This document shows positions 27,154 through 38,000 of a DNA stretch of 64,000 nucleotides, piece by piece. A model generated the notes under the pieces. That model was not told where the DNA came from and did no database searches. It worked only from the letters and a program-made list of their open reading frames with translations. The DNA is from an uncultured bacterium. Lineage in GTDB: Bacteria > CAYUVA01. Made by a program: the position numbers and the translations under genes. Each line of letters opens with the position of its first letter. Positions within the stretch are counted from its first letter, which is position 1. The stretch is from assembly GCA_964448115.1 (NCBI GenBank), contig CAYUVA010000017.1:1-64000 (forward strand), read 5' to 3'.

Positions 27154-27726
27154 CTATTCTTGAGTATTGCCCTGGAAGGATGCGCTGAACTGCGTCTGAG
27201 CGCCGATATCACCCTCCAGGCAGTACGATTGACCAAGCTCTGTATAATAAAAGACGGTCTGAGCCTCGACGATACCGGTTGCATTGATCGCGTAGTTGAA
27301 CTTGCCAACAATGGTGCCGGTTATCGGTTGGCCGCACTCGACATCAGCGATATTTCGGTAAATATCCAATGTAAAATGCTCACCATCAGCTCTGCCTGAG
27401 ATGTCGCAAGTATAGGACTTGTTGCTTACCGCGTTATAGCTTCCGTTAGCATCGGCGTGTCCAACCTTGAAGGTTACGGTTCCGGTGATCGTGTTGTTAG
27501 CATCGAGATTGAAAAAGATCCTGCCGGTATTTTTTCTATATGGAGGGAAGGATTGATCGATCAAGCCTCTCCAGGGACCTATCCAGGGATCGTTTGGTGG
27601 CGAAGTGATCTCGCTTTCAATACATCCTGCTATGAAGATGGCAACTGTGATAAGCGATATAGCAAGAGCTGAGAGCCTCAGTGCCGTTGCTTCTGATATC
27701 CTCATTTCTTTCTCCTTGCAAAACAT
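27154..27726 (-). CDS. Hypothetical lipoprotein
   Basis: Hydrophobic leader ending in lipobox IAGC; beta-rich mature part. Confidence 0.6.
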   Translation of the reverse strand: MFCKEKEMRISEATALRLSALAISLITVAIFIAGCIESEITSPPNDPWIGPWRGLIDQSFPPYRKNTGRIFFNLDANNTITGTVTFKVGHADANGSYNAVSNKSYTCDISGRADGEHFTLDIYRNIADVECGQPITGTIVGKFNYAINATGIVEAQTVFYYTELGQSYCLEGDIGAQTQFSASFQGNTQE

Positions 27727-27826
27727 ATCTTTTTTTTACTTGGTTCATACATGTTATCTCAAGATTATCCAAGTGTCAATAATTTTTCAACCGCACGGTT
27801 AACAAAAGAATGATATCGGTTAATAA

Positions 27827-28840
27827 TCATTTTCCTTTGGGCATGAATATGTTTAACCTTGCTGGCTTTGCTCCCTTTTGCTCCTCGAATATATACTTCT
27901 CCATGGCTGGTAGCAGCTCTTCCATGGCTTCGATATAGAATTTGACAGCGGTTGCATCGCCTCCACTATGGAATCTTTTCTTAATATCGAGGAATTTCTC
28001 GGTGTCCCCCTTGGCTTTATTTATTTGCTGACTTTTATATGCCTTGGCTTCCTGTATGATCTTCGATGCTTCCGCTTTTGCCTCGGGGATAAGGCTATTG
28101 TAGTACCTTTCAGCCTCGTGAACCAGAGTCAGCCTTTCTTCCTGAGCATTTATGACATCCTTGAAGGCTTGACTGGTGGGACCGGGAGGCCTGACATTCT
28201 TAACATTTACTGAAACAGGCATGATACCGACATCAAGCTCATCGAGTCTTTTTTTAAGGTCATTATATAATCTTTGTTGAAGCAGTATCTTGCCAGTGGT
28301 CAATACTTCATCGACCTTAATCTTTGCTACATTGACCAGGATCGAATTTTGGATCAAATTCAAGAAGACCGATTTAGGCTCCTTGAAGCTGAAGAGATAT
28401 TCTGCCGCATCGCTAACCTTATACTGAACTACCACAAGTATATGTATAATGTTCTTATCAGCGGTGATGCAGTATGGCACTACAAATGTTCCATAAGTTA
28501 AGGTAGATAGCGCTCCATACTGTCTTTCTATCTCAGCGACATCTTCAGGCTTAGCGCCGAAGCCAGCCTGGGCGCGATGGATAGCGGTAACCGGCACGCA
28601 TAAGACCTCATCGACCGGCCAGGGCAGATGATAATGGATGCCTGGTGGTATATGTGTACCTTTTATCTTACCGAATCTTAGAAGTATCCCCTCCTCGTTT
28701 ACCTTGACAACATAGATCCCGGAAAGAATATAACCGAGAAGAATCAATATGAGGGCAATAAGTATGATGAATCGTAGCAGTCCACTGAGTGTCTTTATCT
28801 CGTCGGTGAATTCGCTCTTGCCAGTTGTCTTAGCTCTCAA
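27827..28840 (-). CDS. hflK: HflK-like SPFH protein
   Basis: TM helix, GILLRFGK..PGIHYHLPWPVD, ITADKNII, PP..AFKDVINAQ, YYNSLIPEAKAEA. Confidence 0.85.
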   Translation of the reverse strand: MRAKTTGKSEFTDEIKTLSGLLRFIILIALILILLGYILSGIYVVKVNEEGILLRFGKIKGTHIPPGIHYHLPWPVDEVLCVPVTAIHRAQAGFGAKPEDVAEIERQYGALSTLTYGTFVVPYCITADKNIIHILVVVQYKVSDAAEYLFSFKEPKSVFLNLIQNSILVNVAKIKVDEVLTTGKILLQQRLYNDLKKRLDELDVGIMPVSVNVKNVRPPGPTSQAFKDVINAQEERLTLVHEAERYYNSLIPEAKAEASKIIQEAKAYKSQQINKAKGDTEKFLDIKKRFHSGGDATAVKFYIEAMEELLPAMEKYIFEEQKGAKPARLNIFMPKGK

Positions 28841-28873
28841 ACCTACTCCCTTTGCTCCCTGGTTTTCATTGTT

Positions 28874-29761
28874 TTATTCTCCCTCTATGCTGTAGAGGTA
28901 CTTGAAGAGGTCCGATTCAGTGGAGAGCACCAGGGTAGTATTTTGTTTCAACATCTTCTTGTAAGCCTCCAGCGTGCGCATGAAGCGGAACAATTCAGGA
29001 TCGCTTGCATATACTTGCCCGTAAATCTCCATTGCTTTAGCCTCTCCCTCGCCCCTGATTATCTGGCTTTGGCGGTATGCATCGGCGAGGATCTGGCTTC
29101 TTTCTCTATCAGCCTGTGCTCTGATTTTAGCTGCCTCCTCTTTACCCAATGCTCGATATTCATTGGCGATAGTGGAGCGCTCGGCGATCATTCTCTTATA
29201 CACGCTTCGGGCATTATCCTCGGGCAACGCCAGCCTGCTTATCCCAACTGTCTCAATTGCGATACCATAATCCTTCGAGGTCTTTTTATTTGCGCTCTCG
29301 GTTATACTTTTTTCTATCTGTTCGATCTTCACATCATCTGGTTTAGTCGAGATGAGATTGGTAATAAGGTAATCTCCAAGGGTAGAGCCAAGCAACGACT
29401 GGACGATATCATCTATCTTCTGTTCGGCGTTCTCACTGGAGTGAACTGACTCGAAGAAGTGCAAAGGATCGACTATTCTCCAGCAGACAAACGACTGGAT
29501 AATGATATTCTTCTTATCCTTGGTTAGATATTCGACCAGCCTTGAGTTGTAGATCTGCACCTTTTTGTCAAAGCGATTTATCACCTGTATAGGGGCTGGA
29601 ACCTTCAGATACAGTCCAGGCTCTACACGCGTTGCCACCGCCTTGCCGAACTGGGTTACAATGACGAACTGGTCGGTTCGCACCGTGTAAAAGATCTGCC
29701 ATGCTATAAGCAGAAGTGCCGCTATTACAGCAGCTATTATCATCACCTTTTTAGGTGTCAT
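28874..29761 (-). CDS. hflC: HflC-like SPFH protein
   Basis: IVTQFGK..PGLYLKVP, LTKDKKNII, VYKRMIAER, IRGEGEAKA, DPELFRFMRTLEAY. Confidence 0.88.
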   Translation of the reverse strand: MTPKKVMIIAAVIAALLLIAWQIFYTVRTDQFVIVTQFGKAVATRVEPGLYLKVPAPIQVINRFDKKVQIYNSRLVEYLTKDKKNIIIQSFVCWRIVDPLHFFESVHSSENAEQKIDDIVQSLLGSTLGDYLITNLISTKPDDVKIEQIEKSITESANKKTSKDYGIAIETVGISRLALPEDNARSVYKRMIAERSTIANEYRALGKEEAAKIRAQADRERSQILADAYRQSQIIRGEGEAKAMEIYGQVYASDPELFRFMRTLEAYKKMLKQNTTLVLSTESDLFKYLYSIEGE

Positions 29762-29782
29762 ATTTTGATCACCTCCGCTGGT

Positions 29783-31546
29783 TTACTGTTTCTCTTTGCT
29801 TCCATCCGCTAGGCTTCCCGGCAAGCCACCGAGCCAAAGCTCCACGGGATTTCCTTTCCTGGATGGGGGAAGAATTACCTTGTCTATTCCAGGCAAGGTC
29901 TCCTCCAGTGTATTCAAGTAAAGAAGCACTTCGAGTATCTCTTTATATTGCTTGAAGGCTTTGTTTTTCTCCTGAAAGGCTAGGACCTCCCCGCGAGTAG
30001 CTGATGATCTTCTATGTCTGAAGGCAACTGCGACCTGTACATCCTCGTATCCTTGTGCTCTGGTCTGGGGAATGATGTTCTTAGTGTATCCCCTGGCTTG
30101 CTCGATAAAGGTCTCATACTCCTCCTGGGCGCTGACCACTTCCTCGAAGGCTGGTGCTACATCGATAGGAGGATGTATATCCCTGAAGCAGACATTTACC
30201 ACCTCGATGCCCGCCTTACGGCTGTCCAGCTCCGATTGTAACTGTTGTTTGATTTTTTCTTCCAAGGTATCTCTTTGGAAGGTTAGCACTTTAAATGTCT
30301 CCGAGCTACCGATGGAGTCGCGCAGCTTCCAGTAACCGAGGGCTGCTATTAGACTCTCGGTTCGGGAGCAGGAGTAAAGATAATTGTAAAGATCGCTGAT
30401 CCTATAATGCAGGTGCATTGCAAAATCCAAAAATGTATTCTCGCCGGTCAATATCCTGAACTCCTCCCTGTAATGGGCGTTTGTCCAGAAGATATATTCG
30501 GAGCTTCGGTCTGTCTTGTAGCCGATAACCATGCGTCTAATGCTTCGGCAATCAGCCTTGAAGACCTTGTCGATAGGATACGGCAAGGCATAGTGAATAC
30601 CCGGCTGAATGGGATTATCTGGTGACAGAGGTTTTCCTAGCCTTTCAACTATAGCTCTTTCGCTTATTCCCACCGAGTAAAATCCGCTTGCAAGATAGAC
30701 TACAATCCCAGCGAGAACTACCATAACCATTAATTTTTTAATAATCCTCTCCCTAAAGCGGTGGTCTTCAAGATCAACTCGAACAATGCCGGCGAGCGTT
30801 CTCCATACCAGATCGCTTATTAAGGGAAAGTAGGTACTGATGATTTTGACCAGAAAGCCTTCTATGATGCCCAGGTTCTCCTTAGAGAAGTCCCTTGTTC
30901 CAAACGAGGAACGCAGGCTTATATACAAGACATTCAGCGAATTTAGCAGGATGAAAAGTCCTATGATCCCAGCAGCTGCCCTATCGAGTCCGATCCCCAA
31001 GTAGCTACCGAGCAAACTGATCAGCACCAGCAGTGCCGTGTACATATCGACCTTGCTGTGATTGCCATCTGCAATAAGAGCAGCCGAGTTTTCCTTTTCA
31101 CCCACTTGAACCTCGAAACGATACAAGAAGTAAGACATGATACAAATAATGCCCAGCAGGGCGCTGACTATCAATGGGTGGCGAATCTGGTAGCTGGTCG
31201 GGCTGATTACATTGCCCATGATACCTATGGCGATGAATAAAAGGAAAAAACCGATAACCAATGCAACCCGGTTATCCCACGAGGTCCTTCGCGTTTGGCT
31301 TTTTTTGCCGATTGTATCATCACTCCCCCTTGCCTCCCCTTCCTCATCCTTTTGTCTTTTAGATTCGTGTTTATCCTGGTAGATTGCCCAAAATACGAAA
31401 ACCGAGGAGAGGATATCAGAGAAGGAATGCCAGGCTTCAGCTAGTAGCGCTATGCTACCTGATAAGGAAGCTAAGATAAACTTGAGGACAGTTAAAAGGA
31501 CGGTAACAATGGTGGCTATGAGGGCTGTCTTCTCTTTTTTATTCAT
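29783..31546 (-). CDS. Cation diffusion facilitator TM domain fused to an HflK-like SPFH domain
   Basis: CDF motifs GSIALLAEAWHSFSD and SAALIADGNHSKVD; C-terminal half has ERLGK..PGIHYALPYPID, LTGEN, HPPIDVAPAFEEVVSAQ. Confidence 0.85.
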   Translation of the reverse strand: MNKKEKTALIATIVTVLLTVLKFILASLSGSIALLAEAWHSFSDILSSVFVFWAIYQDKHESKRQKDEEGEARGSDDTIGKKSQTRRTSWDNRVALVIGFFLLFIAIGIMGNVISPTSYQIRHPLIVSALLGIICIMSYFLYRFEVQVGEKENSAALIADGNHSKVDMYTALLVLISLLGSYLGIGLDRAAAGIIGLFILLNSLNVLYISLRSSFGTRDFSKENLGIIEGFLVKIISTYFPLISDLVWRTLAGIVRVDLEDHRFRERIIKKLMVMVVLAGIVVYLASGFYSVGISERAIVERLGKPLSPDNPIQPGIHYALPYPIDKVFKADCRSIRRMVIGYKTDRSSEYIFWTNAHYREEFRILTGENTFLDFAMHLHYRISDLYNYLYSCSRTESLIAALGYWKLRDSIGSSETFKVLTFQRDTLEEKIKQQLQSELDSRKAGIEVVNVCFRDIHPPIDVAPAFEEVVSAQEEYETFIEQARGYTKNIIPQTRAQGYEDVQVAVAFRHRRSSATRGEVLAFQEKNKAFKQYKEILEVLLYLNTLEETLPGIDKVILPPSRKGNPVELWLGGLPGSLADGSKEKQ

Positions 31547-31655
31547 CAGGATACGGCTGGACTATACCAATAAAATGGAAAATTTCAATATGACTTCTAA
31601 CATAAGTCCCCAGGCACTGGTTAAGGCAAGAGATACCTTGCAAAGAAGAGGTTGC

Positions 31656-32021
31656 CTAAGGATACAAGGTCTGATGGATCATCTTGAGCAGCTTGCCGAT
31701 ATCGGGTGGCTTGTCGAGGTAACCGATTATGTTAGCCTTGAAGAATGAATAATCATCGCGCAGCTTTGACTTGGAGGTGCTGATTATAAGCGGCAGCTCC
31801 GGATTAAGCTCGGTGAGCTTGCTTACCAGCTCCAGCCCGGTCATCCTGGGCATCTTGATGTCAACAATGGCAAGGTCTGGCATCTGCTTGAGCACCATAT
31901 CCAACCCCTCCTTGCCATTAGTCGCCTCCAGCACATTGTATTCCTCATCCCGGAGGAGTTCCCCGATAACCTTGCGATAGTCGTCATCGTCATCGATGAT
32001 GATTATGGTCTTTGTGGTCAT
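31656..32021 (-). CDS. Single-domain response regulator (CheY-like)
   Basis: IIDDDDD, AIVDIKMPRMTG, YLDKP; start moved to ATG 32021 behind GAAGGGG. Confidence 0.85.
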   Translation of the reverse strand: MTTKTIIIIDDDDDYRKVIGELLRDEEYNVLEATNGKEGLDMVLKQMPDLAIVDIKMPRMTGLELVSKLTELNPELPLIISTSKSKLRDDYSFFKANIIGYLDKPPDIGKLLKMIHQTLYP

Positions 32022-32134
32022 TTCCCCTTCCACGATCTCTCCCCAGTACAGGTTAATTCCATATTTCAGGCACCTGGATGTTGAAAGATAAACGGCGCTA
32101 GCGCTATCCATCATTCAAATCACCGGCGCCCCGA

Positions 32135-32206
32135 TAGGCACGAGGGGTTTCGAACCCCTGACCCCTACCGCGTCAAGGTAGTGCTCTCCCACTGAGCTAC
32201 GTGCCT
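32135..32206 (-). tRNA. tRNA-Val (GAC)
   Basis: Reverse complement AGGCACGTAGCTCAGTGGGAGAGCA-CTACC-TTGACGC-GGTAG-GGGTC-AGGGGTTCGAAACCCCT-CGTGCCT-A; full cloverleaf, CCA not encoded. Confidence 0.95.
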
Positions 32207-32219
32207 AACTTCATCAGAT

Positions 32220-32248
32220 AAGATAGGAAATCTATTGCCTCCTGTCAA
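32220..32248 (-). promoter_or_regulatory. Sigma70-like promoter for tRNA-Val
   Basis: Minus strand TTGACA (32248-32243), 17 nt, TATCTT (32225-32220), 13 nt upstream of the tRNA. Confidence 0.5.
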
Positions 32249-32302
32249 GGATTTTTGCTGCTTTCAAAAACAGCGCCATTCCTGCTATCATCTTATCGCA
32301 TC

Positions 32303-34939
32303 ATGGCAAAGGGAAAAGAAAGTCTGACGCCAGCAATGCGCCAGTACAAGGCGATAAAGAAGCAGTATCCGGATGCGCTGCTTTTATTTCGCATGGGAGA
32401 CTTTTACGAGATATTCTACCAGGATGCGATAATTGCCTCTAAGGCGCTCGATATAGCGCTTACATCTCGCAATAAAAGCAGCGACGATCCCATACCCATG
32501 TGCGGAGTGCCATATCACGCGCTGGACAATTACCTTGCCATGTTGATCAAGCAAGGATACACCGTGGCGATTTGCGAGCAGGTTGAAGATCCCAAGAAAG
32601 CAAAGGGTTTAGTAAAGAGGGAATTGGTGCGCATCATCACCCCTGGAACCATCTGCTCGCCGGAGCTTATGGAGTCAAAGGAATATAACTACCTGGCTTC
32701 AGTATTCTTTGGACAGCAGGCGATCGGATACGCCTTCGTAGATATCTCGGTGGGCAACTTCTGGACTACCGAGTTCACAGGTGCCAAGCGAGAAGAACAG
32801 CTTAGAGAGGAACTAGGGAGGCTCAGCCCAAAGGAGATTCTAGTCCCTCAGGGGCAAAAGGGGCGAATAGGGGCAATTGTGGGTGATGGGTCCCTGCTCA
32901 AGCCGCTGCCGGATTGGCAGTTCGGCAAGGAAAACGCCATTGATAAGATCAAGGATCACTTCGGGGTCAGCTCACTCAGAGGCTTTGGATGCGAGGATCT
33001 CACCGTAGGGCTGAATGTCGCCGGCGCAGTGCTCGAATACCTTATGGAGACCCAGCGCAGCAAGCTCAGGCATATACGCAAAATAAAGCGTTATCGCTTC
33101 GAGGATTACATGGTGCTTGATGAAGCCACTCGGCGCAACCTTGAGCTGGTGCGTTCCCTGTGGAGTGAAACCAGGGAGAATACGCTCCTATCAACTATGG
33201 ACCGAACGGTTACCCCGATGGGAGCGCGCAAACTCAAGGATTGGTTGCTGCATCCGCTTCTCAAGGCGCAACGAATAAAAGAGCGCTTGGATGCAGTAGG
33301 GCTTTTTTTCAGCTCACTTATTCTTCGCGACCATCTTACATCAATGCTCAAGGGGATCTGCGACCTGGAACGGGTAGCATCTAAGATATCTGTCGGCACC
33401 GCCAATCCTAGGGATCTTATACAGCTTCTTGGTTCCATAAAGATTATCCCCAGAGTAAGGAAGCTGCTTGGTGGCGTTGAGGTACCTCTGATCAAGCAGC
33501 TTATTGAAAGCCTGGATATCCTTGCAGACATCAAAGAGCTTATCGAGAAAAGCATCATGGAACATCCACCGATCAGCATCCGAGAAGGGGGCTTCATTCG
33601 TAACGGATACAACCCTAAGGTCGATGAGCTTAGGCGGATATCAAGGGAGGGGAGATCCATTATTTTATCAATGGAGGCAGATGAGAAACGACGCACCGGC
33701 ATCCCAAACCTGAAGATAAAATATAATAAGGTCTTCGGATACTTCATCGAGATCAGCAAGGCTCAACTACACCTGGTGCCACAGGACTATATAAGGAAAC
33801 AGACCCTGGTCAATGCCGAGCGTTTCATCACACCACAACTCAAGGAATTCGAGGAGAAGGTGCTCACCGCCCAGGAAAGGCTGGAGGAACTGGAATACGA
33901 GCTTTTCGTGCAGGTGAGAGAACAGGTGGCTGATCGTTCGCATCGCATCCTTGCCTGCGCTGATATCCTCGCTACCATCGATGTAATGGCTGCATTAGGG
34001 GCATTAGCCGCTGAACAGAGATACTGTAAGCCGATTATCGATGAGGGCGATAGGATCTCGATCAAGGATGGAAGACACCCGGTCATGGAAAAATCCCCCC
34101 ATATTAAGGGCTTTATCCCAAACGATTGCCGAGTCGATTCGAGCAAGGATCAAATACTCATCATCACCGGTCCCAACATGGCAGGTAAATCGACCTATAT
34201 CAGGCAGGTCGCCCTGATCGTCCTCATGGCACAGATAGGGAGCTTCGTTCCCGCCTCCGAGGCTCACATCGGTTTAGTTGACCGGATCTTCACCAGGGTC
34301 GGCGCATCCGATAACATCGCCGGCGGTGAGAGCACCTTCATGGTGGAGATGACCGAGGCTTCCAATATCATAAACAACGCCACTGATAAGAGCCTGATCA
34401 TCCTAGATGAGATTGGTAGAGGAACCAGCACCTTCGATGGCATGAGCATCGCCTGGGCTACCGTCGAGTATCTCCACAAAGGAAAAAGTAAAGGTCCCAG
34501 GACCCTTTTCGCCACCCACTACCACGAGCTGACCGACCTGGCTGTAACCCATAAAAGGGTGAAAAACTACACAATGGACATCGCCGAGCAGGGAAAGGAT
34601 GTCGTCTTTTTACGAAAAGTGGTGCCCGGCAAGGCAAACAAGAGCTATGGAATCCATGTGGCACGACTTGCCGGAATGCCACCAGAGATCATCCAACGGG
34701 CTGAGGAGATCCTTCAAAACCTCGAGAAACAAGAGTTCGATATCGACGGCAAACCTACCATCGGAGCATCACAAAAACAAAGAAAACAACTACAAAATGC
34801 GGTGCTGAGACAACAGGTTACAATATACGAGGAGATAACCTCGCAGATCCGCCAGAGACTAAAAAGTATCGATATCACAAGATTAACACCACTTGAGGCG
34901 ATGAAGATACTCGATGAACTGAAAAAGTTAGCTGAATAG
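32303..34939 (+). CDS. mutS: DNA mismatch repair protein MutS
   Basis: TPAMRQY, FRMGDFYE, ITGPNMAGKSTY, STFMVEM, DEIGRGTST, FATHYHEL, SYGIHVA; start set at ATG 32303. Confidence 0.97.
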   Translation: MAKGKESLTPAMRQYKAIKKQYPDALLLFRMGDFYEIFYQDAIIASKALDIALTSRNKSSDDPIPMCGVPYHALDNYLAMLIKQGYTVAICEQVEDPKKAKGLVKRELVRIITPGTICSPELMESKEYNYLASVFFGQQAIGYAFVDISVGNFWTTEFTGAKREEQLREELGRLSPKEILVPQGQKGRIGAIVGDGSLLKPLPDWQFGKENAIDKIKDHFGVSSLRGFGCEDLTVGLNVAGAVLEYLMETQRSKLRHIRKIKRYRFEDYMVLDEATRRNLELVRSLWSETRENTLLSTMDRTVTPMGARKLKDWLLHPLLKAQRIKERLDAVGLFFSSLILRDHLTSMLKGICDLERVASKISVGTANPRDLIQLLGSIKIIPRVRKLLGGVEVPLIKQLIESLDILADIKELIEKSIMEHPPISIREGGFIRNGYNPKVDELRRISREGRSIILSMEADEKRRTGIPNLKIKYNKVFGYFIEISKAQLHLVPQDYIRKQTLVNAERFITPQLKEFEEKVLTAQERLEELEYELFVQVREQVADRSHRILACADILATIDVMAALGALAAEQRYCKPIIDEGDRISIKDGRHPVMEKSPHIKGFIPNDCRVDSSKDQILIITGPNMAGKSTYIRQVALIVLMAQIGSFVPASEAHIGLVDRIFTRVGASDNIAGGESTFMVEMTEASNIINNATDKSLIILDEIGRGTSTFDGMSIAWATVEYLHKGKSKGPRTLFATHYHELTDLAVTHKRVKNYTMDIAEQGKDVVFLRKVVPGKANKSYGIHVARLAGMPPEIIQRAEEILQNLEKQEFDIDGKPTIGASQKQRKQLQNAVLRQQVTIYEEITSQIRQRLKSIDITRLTPLEAMKILDELKKLAE

Positions 34940-35017
34940 TTTATTGTTATTTTCTTTTTTGTTACTTAGTTTTTTGTTTATGGTTTTTTGCTTGCTAGTT
35001 ACTCATTATTAGTCTTT

Positions 35018-38000
35018 TTATTTCTGGTCAGGTAGTTTGTTGATTGGCTGGTCGATGATCTTCAAATGTACTGCAAGTAAGCCGGTACACAAAATAAATC
35101 CGCTATCTACAGCAGAACAGAATTGATGAAACTGTATATCAGACGGAATGATCTGCGGGACCTTTAGTCCATGGCTAAGCATCGGTACCAGAGCATAACC
35201 ATGATTGTCAATAACCAGCGGTTTATCCTCATGAAACATAATAAAATAACCGTTCGAGTCCATGGCAGCATCCATGTAGATAGGTCCTGGCTTCGGAAAG
35301 TTCATCCTTTCAACCAGCGTTCCATCAGGCAGATAGAAATGAAGATATTGTTTAAGTATATCATATACAACCACTCTACCAAGCGGATCGATCATAAGTT
35401 CCCAGGGACGCAGCCATCGATCTTCGTTGAAACCATACCCTCCCCAATAATTCAAGATCTCCAACTTACCGTTCAGACGATATAAATTGGTAGAAGTGGT
35501 CAGAACATAAAGATCTCCCTCAAGCCCTTGCTTTACCCTGAATGGTACCTGCCTTTCCACCGGCATGGTCAATTTCTCCAGTTTCTTTTCATGATACCTG
35601 TATAGCTCCTTTCTCCAGATTAGATAGATCTCTCCAAAGTCTCCACAGCATATATCGACAGGAAACTCGGAGACAAATCCAGGATCTGGCGGCAAAGGAT
35701 ATACTGCATTGAGATCCCCCTGACTGCCGAAGCTCAACAGCCTGTCATTATAGGTGTCGATCATGGTAAGCCCACAGCCGGGGCATTCAGCCACGCCTGC
35801 AATATAGCTTGGTCCGAGATTACCAATATCTAGTTCGATCTTGTTTAATGTAAAAGAGCTTTCAGGCAGCTCCCGTGAAGGTACTGCACTCAAGATGCCC
35901 CAGTCTATTTGATTGATGAGATTCCCTGCTGGAATGGGAGCTATATTAAGCGGATCTTGCCCCCAGCCGATGATACCCAGCCTACTGGGCAAGCGGGCTG
36001 CATTGCCTCTTAGGCTAATCTTCAGGTGATGCACTCCCGGAAGAAGATACTTGTAGTGCAACCATCCATCGGATGCTGCAAGGTTGATCAGATCTTGATT
36101 ATCGAGGGTTACCTGTAGATCAAAGCTCTCATCCTGGGGAAGGTCGAAGTAATAATAACCATCCTCATCCACCAGCAATCCACCCTCCCAGGAGATAACC
36201 AGGTTGATATGGCTCAAGGCGCTTATATCAGGCAATGTTAGGTAGTTATGCTCATCGGAATGATAAAACTCCTCATTGTAGTCAGGCTTTTCAGTTCTGA
36301 TGATACATTTCAATCCACTAAGCGCTGCCAGGTCTTGAGCAGGAACAAACAGGATTGCGTCCGTACCATTTTTCGTAAGCTGCATATTAGGATATCTTTG
36401 TCTGACCTCATTTATGAATACAGTGTAAGCATCCAGGTTATCGATCATCACCACCGCACATTTTGAACCTGTCCCTCTTATTGGCAAGACCGACAGCACA
36501 TCCAGGTTCTTGTAATATTCCTTATCCTTGGTATGGGAATAGGCATAGAAATTTAATCTAGTTTTATTGATAGTGTCATTAGATAAAAGGAAGCTGTCGC
36601 ATTCATCCAGATATTGCTCGAATTGCATCCACATCTCATGATAATGCTCAAGGTATGCTCCATGGTGTTTAAGCCAGCCGTTGTAATACTCATTCAGCTC
36701 CTGGTGGGTATGACTGGCAAATATGGGGATCAACAATAATATTGACATCCAAGGCTTGAAACCAAGCCGCTGATGGGCGTAGAACAAGACCCGCTCCATG
36801 CCAAAGGATGCAATGAGCAGCGCAACTGGAATAATATTTGTATATCTGCGGGGGAATGGGAAGTATAAAATAAGCGGGATAAGGCTGATAAGTAACCATG
36901 ATAAGAGGATTTGACTTCTCTTGGTGAAAAATTGAAGAAAGCAAAGGATCAGCCCAACCAGGAAAAAGCCTGCTACCATGAATGGTAAGAATGTATTTCT
37001 GAAATAAACTACAAACCAGGGATCCCTGGTGCTCTCGAAATTGAAGCTCTTCAATGTAAGAAGTAAATTATTCTTTATCTTTTCAATATTTTCTTTTTTC
37101 TCAAGATCGATAACCGGCTTGATGACACTGGGAGAGAAAAAATTATGTTGTTGTTTATCATAACTGTAGGCAGGGATGAGAATACTAACAGTAATAACTC
37201 CAAGTAAGATAATTCCCCCTATCATTCTTAGAATGTTGGAAAAACTGAATTTAAGGTGAACGAGCCAGGTCCAAAGGACTATTATCGGCATCACCCGGAA
37301 TGTCGGGTATGTATAAAAGCCGAGACCCAAAGCTATCCCGGCGAAGATATACCAATAAAACCCCTTTTGTCGAATGGCTCTCAATAGGCAATAGATGGTC
37401 AGCAAAACAAACGGAGTAACCAGGTAAGTGCGGATGTTCTCCAGGCTGAACCTGATGTGAAAATAAGAAAATCCAAGCAGAAATAGCGATACTATCGCAC
37501 AACGGCGCCCCAGCAGCTCATGTGCTAGCAGATATATTAAAACCAGCGATATCATGCCCCAAAACAGGGCAACTAGCTTGATGGTAATGACATTAACTCC
37601 CAGTAACTTGAAACCAAGAAATAAGAAGAAATGCAGCAGCCCTTCCCGCTGAGAGGAAGCATCGTGATAGACAACACTCGGCGCCTTGCCTTGAAGGATC
37701 TCGATTGCCCGGTAAGCATTGAGCACACCATCGAGATGAATGCCCATCAGGGTGCTGTTTATACGATAAACCCGCACCCCAAAAGCGGCTATGAGAATTA
37801 TTATCGCGATCAGAACCTCAAGGCGATGATTCTTGGCTATATTCTCTTGGGATTCGCTGCTGGATTGTCGGAGACGATTGTCCCTTGAAATAAAGAACCA
37901 GGGTACTATGGATAAAGCCAGCAAAATCAAGCCATATATAGCCTTTTGATTTGAAAGAGAAAGCTGCGCGAAAAAAGTCAGAGTTATCCCAGTTATCAAG

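Noticed and set aside
32135-32206. tRNA-Val as an integration site
   Set aside because: No integrase and no duplicated tRNA 3' end seen in the window.
34940-35017. T-rich low-complexity stretch between convergent mutS and the GT-C gene
   Set aside because: No clear stem-loop or defined repeat unit, so no feature could be supported.
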